A stretch of DNA of 64,000 nucleotides from an uncultured Christensenella sp. (GTDB lineage Bacteria > Bacillota > Clostridia > Christensenellales > DTU072): contig CASDZI010000003.1 of the NCBI GenBank assembly GCA_949285605.1, forward strand, positions 42,586 through 106,585, read 5' to 3'. The notes beneath the pieces are model-generated. The model ran no database searches. It saw only the letters and a program-made list of their open reading frames with translations, and was not told the origin of the DNA. The first letter of the stretch is position 1; each line of letters opens with the position of its first letter. This document shows positions 18,700 to 26,915 of this stretch, piece by piece. The translations under genes were made by a program, and so were the position numbers.

Positions 18700-18728
18700 A
18701 TATTAACATAATTATATTCCGTTGTCAA
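18700..18728 (-). promoter_or_regulatory. Promoter of the riboswitch/ATPase transcript
   Basis: The minus strand has TTGACA (18728..18723), a 17-nt spacer, then TAATAT (18705..18700), with TG at the extended -10 position. The predicted start falls just upstream of riboswitch P1. Confidence 0.6.
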
Positions 18729-18777
18729 TCGGGATAGTCGTTTTAGGAAAACGACCTGCCGTTTTTTCTTTTGTCGC

Positions 18778-18807
18778 TTGACTTAAATGCGGTTTCGCAC
18801 TTATAAT
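18778..18807 (+). promoter_or_regulatory. Promoter of the lysA-like gene
   Basis: TTGACT (18778..18783), an 18-nt spacer, then TATAAT (18802..18807). It lies about 50 nt upstream of the ATG at 18860. Confidence 0.6.
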
Positions 18808-18859
18808 ATCCATAGTCGCTAAACGCGACGAAAAAAATATTTTTTAAGGAAAAATTCAT

Positions 18860-20122
18860 ATGAAACAACCCTTCTTAACCAAAGAAAAAGCCGAAGAAAT
18901 CATCGCAAAAATCCCTACTCCTTTTCATATTTACGACGAAAAAGGAATAGTCGACAACGCTCGGGAGCTTTTCAAAGCATTCTCCTGGAACAAAGGTTTC
19001 AAGGAATACTTCGCCGTGAAAGCCACCCCCAACCCCGCCATTCTGAAACTTCTGAAAAAGGAAGGCTGCGGAGTGGACTGCTCCAGCTACACGGAATTGC
19101 TTATGGCGGAAGCCTGCGGATTTAGCGGAGATGAAATTATGTTCTCCAGTAACGAAACCGCCGCCGAAGAATACGCCCTCGCCCGCCGTCTGAATGCGAT
19201 AATCAACCTCGACGACATCACGCATATAGATTTTCTGAAAAAGCACGCAGGTATCCCCGAAAAAATCTGTCTGCGTTACAACCCCGGCGGAGACTTCAAG
19301 ATAGGCACCCGTATAATGGGCAATCCCGCCGATGCAAAATACGGTCTGACCCGTCCGCAGATGTCCGAAGCGGTAAAAAGACTTCTGGACGAAGGCGTCA
19401 AGGAATTCGGGATCCACTCCTTCCTTGCCAGCAACACCCTCGGAAACGAGTATTATCCCGAACTTGCCAAAATCCTTTTCCGAACCGTTGCCGAGCTTAC
19501 CGAAGAAACGGGAGCGAAATTCGTATTCGTCAATCTGAGCGGCGGTATAGGAGTGCCTTACCGTCCCGACCAGCCGAAAAACGACATTTTCGTCATCGCC
19601 GACGGCGTGGAAAAAGCCTACAAGGAAACCTTGCTCGACAAGGGTATCGAAGGGATAAAAATATTCACCGAACTGGGAAGATATATGCTTGCGCCCTACG
19701 GACTGCTCGTCACCACCGCTATCCACGCAAAACACACCCATAAGGAATACATCGGGGTGGACGCCTGCGCCGCCAACCTCATGCGTCCGGCTATTTACGG
19801 AGCCTACCACCACATCACCGTCCTCGGCAAGGAAAACGCTCCCTGCGACCACGTTTACGACGTAGTGGGGTCTCTTTGCGAAAACAGCGACAAGTTCGCC
19901 GTGGACAGACCGTTGCCGAAAATCGACGACGGCGACATCTTAGTCATTCACGACGCCGGAGCTCACGGATTTTCAATGGGCTACAATTATAACGGAAAAC
20001 TCAGAAGCGCCGAAGTCTTGCTTCACCCCGACGGCAGTTTCGACCTTATACGCCGTGCCGAAACCGTCAAGGACTACTTCGCCACCTTTAACTTTATGGA
20101 TGAATTCCGTGCCTACAGATAA
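18860..20122 (+). CDS. lysA: Fold-type III PLP-dependent decarboxylase, diaminopimelate decarboxylase-like
   Basis: TPFHIYDE...YFAVKATPNP (PLP lysine), SGGIGVPY and GSLCENSD motifs are present in a 420-aa protein. The family assignment is confident. The substrate (DAP versus a carboxy-polyamine) cannot be settled by eye. Confidence 0.7.
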   Translation: MKQPFLTKEKAEEIIAKIPTPFHIYDEKGIVDNARELFKAFSWNKGFKEYFAVKATPNPAILKLLKKEGCGVDCSSYTELLMAEACGFSGDEIMFSSNETAAEEYALARRLNAIINLDDITHIDFLKKHAGIPEKICLRYNPGGDFKIGTRIMGNPADAKYGLTRPQMSEAVKRLLDEGVKEFGIHSFLASNTLGNEYYPELAKILFRTVAELTEETGAKFVFVNLSGGIGVPYRPDQPKNDIFVIADGVEKAYKETLLDKGIEGIKIFTELGRYMLAPYGLLVTTAIHAKHTHKEYIGVDACAANLMRPAIYGAYHHITVLGKENAPCDHVYDVVGSLCENSDKFAVDRPLPKIDDGDILVIHDAGAHGFSMGYNYNGKLRSAEVLLHPDGSFDLIRRAETVKDYFATFNFMDEFRAYR

Positions 20123-20149
20123 AGGAATAATTGCTTTTAAGCGATAAAG

Positions 20150-20184
20150 AAAAAAAGCCCCGACTTCGGTCGGGTCTTTTCTTT
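20150..20184. terminator. Bidirectional intrinsic terminator between lysA and minE
   Basis: AAAAAAAGCCCCGAC-TTCG-GTCGGGTCTTTTCTTT. Confidence 0.8.
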
Positions 20185-20426
20185 CAGTCCAGAAATTTGA
20201 GCTCCTTAAAACGTATGACGTCGGCTTTTATCGCCACCGTCATAAATCCTTCGTCGTTTTCGCAAACAGCCATTTCCACCTTGCCGTCTTTAAGTTCGAG
20301 GTATGACGCTAAGATTTTCGTAACGTCCTCTTTGAGTAACTGAAACGCTCCTTCCGGGATATTCAAACAGTCGTTAAAGAGCATTTTCTTCAATCTTCCC
20401 ATTTCGGAGAGGTTCTTTTTTTTCAT
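20184..20426 (-). CDS. minE: Cell division topological specificity factor MinE-like
   Basis: This 80-aa protein is ATGA-overlapped with minD. RLKKMLFND...LLKEDVTKILASYLELKDGKVEMAV resembles the MinE anti-MinCD and topological specificity regions. Confidence 0.6.
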   Translation of the reverse strand: MKKKNLSEMGRLKKMLFNDCLNIPEGAFQLLKEDVTKILASYLELKDGKVEMAVCENDEGFMTVAIKADVIRFKELKFLD

Positions 20427-21205
20427 TTCAGTTTCCGCTTCAGAAATCCCACTACTCCCTTATACGGGTGGAGGTAGTCGTAAAGTTTTCTGTCTCCGCC
20501 GCCGAGATAATCCGCAATAAGTCCGTAACTGTACGTTACCGGAGACTTCTTGTCGGTAACGTCTATGAGTCCGTTAAGATTGACCGAGTCGTCCTCGGGG
20601 ATAACTCCGTAAAGCGGAAGCTTTACCGCTCCGGCAATCTCTTTTGCGTCCAGCATAGTCTTATCCATTACGAAATCCCCTCTTATGCGGTTTATGATGA
20701 GCCCTTGTCGGGTAAATCCAAGTGAAGACAATATCTTGCCTGTCTTGTATCCGTCTCTTACGCTTGCCAGATGCGGCGTAGCCACTATTATGCTTTCTTC
20801 CGCTCCGCTCGCCGCACGCAAAAAACTGTCCTCCACCCCTGCCGGACTGTCGATAAGGACGTAGTCGAAAATTTCCGCGGCTTTCAGGCATATTTCCCGA
20901 AATATCTCCGTCGTCACGAACGCTGAACAAGCCGTCATTGAGGGCAGCAACCTGAGTTTGTCCCCTAAATCCACCATACACCGGCTTAAAGTCGCTTTCC
21001 CTCTGGCGAGGTCTCCTATATCGTAAAGGATTTTTTCCTCCGCGCGCATCACCACGTCCAGATTGTTCAAGCCTATATCCCCGTCCACCAAAAGCACCGA
21101 TGAGCCTTTGGCGTTCAACGTAAGTCCTAAATTTGCCGTTACCGTGGTTTTGCCCACGCCGCCTTTGCCGCCGGTTATAAGTATTCTTCTTCCCATACCC
21201 GACAT
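20423..21205 (-). CDS. minD: Septum site-determining ATPase MinD
   Basis: It has a deviant Walker A (GGKGGVGKTT), VLLVDGDIGLNNLD, and a C-terminal amphipathic membrane-targeting helix (GFLKRKLK). Confidence 0.85.
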   Translation of the reverse strand: MSGMGRRILITGGKGGVGKTTVTANLGLTLNAKGSSVLLVDGDIGLNNLDVVMRAEEKILYDIGDLARGKATLSRCMVDLGDKLRLLPSMTACSAFVTTEIFREICLKAAEIFDYVLIDSPAGVEDSFLRAASGAEESIIVATPHLASVRDGYKTGKILSSLGFTRQGLIINRIRGDFVMDKTMLDAKEIAGAVKLPLYGVIPEDDSVNLNGLIDVTDKKSPVTYSYGLIADYLGGGDRKLYDYLHPYKGVVGFLKRKLK

Positions 21206-21283
21206 TTTACCGCCGTTTCCGTTGCGAATTATTTGTTATTATCGCTTTTAGCGACAAATAAAAGCGAAATATTTTTTATTCGT

Positions 21284-21313
21284 TTGACACGTCTCGTCTT
21301 AAGAAGGTATAAT
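21284..21313 (+). promoter_or_regulatory. Promoter of guaB
   Basis: TTGACA (21284..21289), an 18-nt spacer, then TATAAT (21308..21313). Confidence 0.6.
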
Positions 21314-21355
21314 TCTAATAATATACTCATTTACGGTTTTGTAATTTTACGTTAA

Positions 21356-22822
<1,467 letters not shown>

Positions 22823-22837
22823 AAAACGTCATTCTGC

Positions 22838-22872
22838 AAAAAGAGTTCCGTCATTTCGGAACTCTTTTTTTG
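22838..22872. terminator. Bidirectional intrinsic terminator after guaB, also downstream of the GNAT gene
   Basis: AAAAAGAGTTCCG-TCATTT-CGGAACTCTTTTTTT. Confidence 0.85.
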
Positions 22873-22896
22873 TTATCTTAAATTCGAATATCTTTA

Positions 22897-23391
22897 TTAC
22901 AAGGCAATAGTATAAATATTTCTTTCATAAATCTCATTTTTGATCGTTGTTGCCTTTAATTTCGCACCAATATGAGCAAAAGAATGTAAACTTGCTTGAT
23001 TATTAGGATGAATTGTAGCAATAATATTCTTAATTCCTTTCTTTTTTGCTATTTTTAGAAGCCTTTTGTTGAGTTTATATAAATAATTATGCCCACGATA
23101 TTTCGGCGCAATCATGCACCGTCCTATTTCAGCAACAGGTCTCTCTGTATGAGAACATAATTCTAACGAAGCACCATATTCGTGTTCGTTGAAGAATAAA
23201 CAAGAGGCCCCTATAAGTTTTCTCCTATCGAATAACCCCAAAAAATAACACCATTCATCGTTCAGAAAATTTTTTCTGGAAACTTCGTTTATCGGCAACC
23301 ACCATCGTTTGTCAACCAGATTCTTTTCTATCTCCTCAATCAAGGCATCCAAAATTTCGGAGTGTTTTTTCTTTAATTTCTTGATTTTCAT
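22897..23391 (-). CDS. GNAT-family N-acetyltransferase (distal gene of the TIR operon)
   Basis: It has a GNAT motif A-like core (IGRCMIAPKYRGHNYLYKLNKRLLKIAKKKGIKNIIATIHPNNQASLHSF). The ATG at 23391..23389 overlaps the TIR gene stop as TAATG. An alternative in-frame ATG at 23412 would give a 22-nt overlap. The gene is AT-rich. Confidence 0.7.
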   Translation of the reverse strand: MKIKKLKKKHSEILDALIEEIEKNLVDKRWWLPINEVSRKNFLNDEWCYFLGLFDRRKLIGASCLFFNEHEYGASLELCSHTERPVAEIGRCMIAPKYRGHNYLYKLNKRLLKIAKKKGIKNIIATIHPNNQASLHSFAHIGAKLKATTIKNEIYERNIYTIAL

Positions 23392-24728
23392 TATTTTCTT
23401 ATTATAATACATGGACGGAGGCTTGCCGCAGTATCGTCTACATAATTACAAAAAGGCACGGCTTCGACACAACCCCTACGATCTATATTTTCTACCGAGT
23501 CGTTGGTAACTCCCGGAGATCTCGTCCACCAGTCTCCTTTGCCGTAATGACTGGCGCTTGTGCTGGAATATGCTCCTCTGGCTTTAGCATAATCGGTAGT
23601 CAATGCACCGTCACAACTCGTTTTGTATATTTCCTTATGACTTATCAGAAAGACTTTATCGTTGGTATCCGCCGATGTAGAAGGATAATAACCGCTATTA
23701 GTATTGTCGATTTTGGTATATACAATTTTTTCCCGCTCAAACTCATTAAAAGCGTCATAAAAGAATTCATTGTTTAACCAACGCCTTATGTAGGAAGTCT
23801 CCCAGTTATTTGCGGCGTAAAAAGTGCTATTATCAATTCTTTGGGCAAAACGGTTAAGACTAAATTGTACCGCATCGATAATTCTTTCCGAAATAGCAAA
23901 ATAGTGTTGTTCGTCCTCAAACAGAATATTCCAAACAATAGGGCTTATTTCATAATAATTCCTCGCACCTGCATTAATAACCTTCCCGTTATCGAATTTG
24001 GTTTTATTAAAAGGATTTTCCGCTATAGTGGCGTAGGATTTTCCTCTATAGTTCAAAGTATATGTGTTAGGATTAAGGGTCGTCTCTCCATTAAACATTC
24101 CCGTCGCTATTTTGTCAATAAGATCTATGTCCGATACTACGGACTGCGGATAACTACCGAAGGATATTTTTTTATCGTTAACTATTTTAAACTCGTCAAT
24201 ATTCAATTCAAAAACAGATGTCGTTTCCGTTTTCCGCGGATTAGAATCTAACGAAGCCAAAATAACGGGAATTAAATCGATTTCAGCCTTAAAATTATAT
24301 ACACCTAAATAATTAACCGGATTTATATGCCTTATTCTGTTAATTTCCGTATTTTCAAAAACACGAAACATTTCAGGCTGATCGTCATAGGAGAAATCAG
24401 ACAAAGCAACCGGTATGAATGAGATATTAGGATTTTGCAAGGCAGTTTTTATTTCAAAATACACCATATCGTCATCATTTACACATTTTCGAAAATAATC
24501 CTTATCCAATAATAATATAAAGCATTTGACGTCTTGCAGTACGTTCTTGATGACTTCCTTAAAATCCTCTCCTTTCGGTATACACAACGGTGCAAAAAAA
24601 GGAACAAACTCGTTGATCATATTTGCATTACGATAATGCAATAAATCTTTATAAATAGAGGAACCTAATTCACCCGTCCGATCTCCTCTATAAGAAATAA
24701 ATACGTTGTACTCTTGTCCTTTGTACAT
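23391..24728 (-). CDS. TIR domain protein fused to a DUF6273-like C-terminal domain
   Basis: The N-terminal ~150 aa read YNVFISYRGDRTGELGSSIYKDL...CIPKGEDF...CFILLLDKDYF...MVYFEIKTAL...ISFIPVAL. This is the TIR beta-A FISYR motif, a BB-loop-like segment and the conserved Glu position. The C-terminal ~270 aa read ISFGSYPQSVV, IVWNIL, NNWETSYIRRWLNNEFFYDAF, DKVFLISHKEI, GDWWTRSPG, SLRPCIII. From memory, this pattern matches the family catalogued as DUF6273. No signal peptide or TM is present. Confidence 0.75.
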   Translation of the reverse strand: MYKGQEYNVFISYRGDRTGELGSSIYKDLLHYRNANMINEFVPFFAPLCIPKGEDFKEVIKNVLQDVKCFILLLDKDYFRKCVNDDDMVYFEIKTALQNPNISFIPVALSDFSYDDQPEMFRVFENTEINRIRHINPVNYLGVYNFKAEIDLIPVILASLDSNPRKTETTSVFELNIDEFKIVNDKKISFGSYPQSVVSDIDLIDKIATGMFNGETTLNPNTYTLNYRGKSYATIAENPFNKTKFDNGKVINAGARNYYEISPIVWNILFEDEQHYFAISERIIDAVQFSLNRFAQRIDNSTFYAANNWETSYIRRWLNNEFFYDAFNEFEREKIVYTKIDNTNSGYYPSTSADTNDKVFLISHKEIYKTSCDGALTTDYAKARGAYSSTSASHYGKGDWWTRSPGVTNDSVENIDRRGCVEAVPFCNYVDDTAASLRPCIIIRK

Positions 24729-24748
24729 AATTCCCCCCTTTTTTAATA

Positions 24749-24777
24749 ATTATACTATAAAACCTTACTATTTTCAA
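24749..24777 (-). promoter_or_regulatory. Promoter of the TIR-GNAT operon
   Basis: The minus strand has TTGAAA (24777..24772), a 17-nt spacer, then TATAAT (24754..24749). A short leader with an AAGGGGGG RBS precedes the ATG at 24728. Confidence 0.6.
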
Positions 24778-24830
24778 TAAAAAATAAAGAAAATTTTGAC
24801 TAAGTTAAAAGATTTACATAAGTTTCGGTA

Positions 24831-24859
24831 TTGACAAAGGAACGGTTAAATTGTAAAAT
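24831..24859 (+). promoter_or_regulatory. Promoter of the small Lys/Glu-rich protein gene
   Basis: TTGACA (24831..24836), a 17-nt spacer, then TAAAAT (24854..24859). An AAGGAG RBS precedes the ATG at 24882. Confidence 0.5.
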
Positions 24860-24881
24860 ATTACGGTAAGGAGATTATAAT

Positions 24882-25160
24882 ATGTCTAAGAAAACCGATA
24901 AACTTACCCCCGAAGAAAAGAAAATAAGATATGACGCCGCTATGGCTAAACTTCAGGAAAAACACGATAAAAAAATAGTCAAGCTCGCCGAAAAAAAGGC
25001 TCGTCTTACTGCTAAGCTCAAAGAAAAATATGCCGAAGATCCCGAAAAACTGGAACTCGAACTCGGTATCCTTACCATAGACAACGACGTTTGGATCGCT
25101 ATGGCGGACGCCGAACTTGCCGAAAAAGCCAAAACTCTGGAACTTTTGTATTTGAAATAA
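24882..25160 (+). CDS. Hypothetical small Lys/Glu-rich, predicted all-helical protein
   Basis: This 92-aa ORF has its own promoter, RBS and terminator. KKIVKLAEKKARLTAKLKEKYAEDPEKLELEL suggests a coiled coil. I recognise no family. Confidence 0.5.
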   Translation: MSKKTDKLTPEEKKIRYDAAMAKLQEKHDKKIVKLAEKKARLTAKLKEKYAEDPEKLELELGILTIDNDVWIAMADAELAEKAKTLELLYLK

Positions 25161-25182
25161 AAATTTTGAGTTAATATAACGA

Positions 25183-25220
25183 CCCCTTTTTGTCGTATAA
25201 AAAGGGGTTTTTATTTTTTA
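25183..25220 (+). terminator. Intrinsic terminator after the small protein gene
   Basis: CCCCTTTTT-GTCGTAT-AAAAAGGGG is followed by TTTTTATTTTTT. Confidence 0.8.
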
Positions 25221-25745
25221 CATGATCTTTTCGAAACGGAAAAAAGTTTCGAGGCGATTCCCCTCGCTCCCTTCCGCCTTTTCCTGGCTATTATCGGGAT
25301 GACTTGCGCAGAAAAATTCCACTATACGAAAACCGCATTTGTTCACATAAAAATGAATATTCCTTTCTTCGAAATATGGCGTTACCGTCTCCCATATTTT
25401 CGTATCGGGATATTTCCTTTCGATAGCTTTCCATGCTTTATAACCTAAACCTTTGGTATGCTCGGTAACTTTTATGAAAAAAAGATCCAACGAATTACGG
25501 TGCGTTTCTTTGTTTATCGAAACAACTACCCCTCCGACCGTTTTCCCGTCGTAAACGATATGATAACTTTCCGCCGAGGGCTCTTCGATATTTGCCAGAA
25601 TATCCTTCTCCGAAGGTATAGGTTCGTCTTTTCCGAATTTTTCTCTGACCGTTACCGCAAAAGCCTCCCGCAGCGTTTGCGAAAAAACCGGGATTTCTTC
25701 CTTTTTTAACGGCAAAAAAGATATTTCGCTTTCTTCCATGCTCAC
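25218..25745 (-). CDS. GNAT-family N-acetyltransferase
   Basis: This 175-aa protein reads VGGVVVSINKETHRNSLDLFFIKVTEHTKGLGYKAWKAIE, a GNAT beta4-alpha3 motif A context. Confidence 0.7.
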   Translation of the reverse strand: MSMEESEISFLPLKKEEIPVFSQTLREAFAVTVREKFGKDEPIPSEKDILANIEEPSAESYHIVYDGKTVGGVVVSINKETHRNSLDLFFIKVTEHTKGLGYKAWKAIERKYPDTKIWETVTPYFEERNIHFYVNKCGFRIVEFFCASHPDNSQEKAEGSEGNRLETFFRFEKIM

Positions 25746-25812
25746 TACCCTCTAAAAGTATTACGGCGCAACGAAAAGTCGCGCCGTAACAAATTCTTTT
25801 ACTTCAAAATAT

Positions 25813-26913
25813 TTATAAAGTTCTTACTTTGAGAATACCGTTGATACCGCTTAAGTCTGCGACGGCGTCTCCGTCGATTATGGCGTAACCGTAATTCCCT
25901 TTCGTAGCTACTGCTTTGTCTCCGGGAACGTATTTTACCGCTTCTTCGGCAGAGGACAGGAAGCATACGCAGGTACGCACCTTCCCGGTACGGGCTTTGG
26001 TGAGGGCGGGATAATTTACGCTGTTGACGATCTCTCCCTCTTCAAGATAATTCTTGAGTTCCTTCGCAGCCATTTCCGCACAGTTGTCTTCGGCTTCCTC
26101 GGTGGAAGCTCCCAGGTGCGGCAATACGATTATGTTTTCGGTATTGATGACGTTTTCGTCGGGGAAATCCACTACGTATTTGGCTATCTTCCCTCCCAGA
26201 GCCGCTTTCAGGTCGGCTACGTTGACGAGAGAACCTCTGCTCATATTCAAAATTATAACCCCGTCTTTCATTGCGGCAATAGCCTCGGCGTTTATCATAC
26301 CTTTGGTGGAATCGAGAAGCGGAACGTGTAAAGTAATTATATCGCTGTTTGCGTAAATTCCGTCCAGATCGGTTATTTCCACCGCTTCGTCCAAAAGCGA
26401 TTTGGATTTTTCGGACAGATACGGGTCGTACCCCACGACTTTCATTCCCAACGCTATGGCGGCGTTAGCTACCAAGACCCCTATCGCGCCCAGTCCGATA
26501 ACGCCTAAAGTTTTTCCGAAAATTTCGTGTCCGCCGAAAGCGGCTTTTCCTTTTTCGGTGGCTTTCGCTACGTCGCTAGTCAAGGTGTTGACCCACTTGT
26601 TGCCGCCGATTATGTCTCGGCTCGCTATCAACATTCCGCAGAGGACGAGTTCCTTGACGGCGTTGGCGTTGGCTCCGGGGGTGTTGAATACCACTATTCC
26701 CTTTTCTGCCATTTTCTCGACGGGAATGTTGTTGACGCCGGCGCCGGCACGGCCTATCGCCGCCAGACTTGCGCCGGTTTCGTAATCCGCCATATTGAAA
26801 CTGCGTAAAATTATTCCGTCGGGATCGACGCAGTCGTCGCTAACTTCGTATTTTGCGTCGAATACGTTATTGATGACCGGACTTATTTTGTTAAGTTTAA
26901 GTATTTTTACCAT
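25813..26913 (-). CDS. serA: D-3-phosphoglycerate dehydrogenase (D-isomer 2-hydroxyacid dehydrogenase family)
   Basis: GVIGLGAIGVLVA is a Rossmann motif, and the HVPL...NMSRG...HLGAST catalytic Arg/Glu/His context is present. The gene lies directly downstream of serC. Confidence 0.85.
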   Translation of the reverse strand: MVKILKLNKISPVINNVFDAKYEVSDDCVDPDGIILRSFNMADYETGASLAAIGRAGAGVNNIPVEKMAEKGIVVFNTPGANANAVKELVLCGMLIASRDIIGGNKWVNTLTSDVAKATEKGKAAFGGHEIFGKTLGVIGLGAIGVLVANAAIALGMKVVGYDPYLSEKSKSLLDEAVEITDLDGIYANSDIITLHVPLLDSTKGMINAEAIAAMKDGVIILNMSRGSLVNVADLKAALGGKIAKYVVDFPDENVINTENIIVLPHLGASTEEAEDNCAEMAAKELKNYLEEGEIVNSVNYPALTKARTGKVRTCVCFLSSAEEAVKYVPGDKAVATKGNYGYAIIDGDAVADLSGINGILKVRTL

Positions 26914-26915
26914 AA

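Noticed and set aside
18527-18700. An M-box (Mg2+) riboswitch, considered as an alternative identity for the ATPase leader.
   Set aside because: The leader is shorter than an M-box. It carries the GGAGUAG...CAAGAC P1-flanking elements that I associate with yybP-ykoY, not the M-box three-helix pattern.
18808-18859. A possible lysine (L-box) riboswitch or T-box upstream of the lysA-like gene.
   Set aside because: The leader from the predicted -10 box to the ATG is only ~50 nt. This is far too short for an L-box (~180 nt) or a T-box (~200 nt). It contains only one small hairpin (GTCGC-TAAAC-GCGAC).
22873-24880. Classifying the TIR operon as Thoeris, CBASS, Pycsar or SPARTA, or as a mobile element.
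   Set aside because: No ThsA-like (SIR2/Macro/TM-SLOG), CD-NTase, cyclase, STING or Argonaute gene is present anywhere in the 64 kb. I could find no integrase, transposase, inverted repeats or target-site duplication at the island borders.
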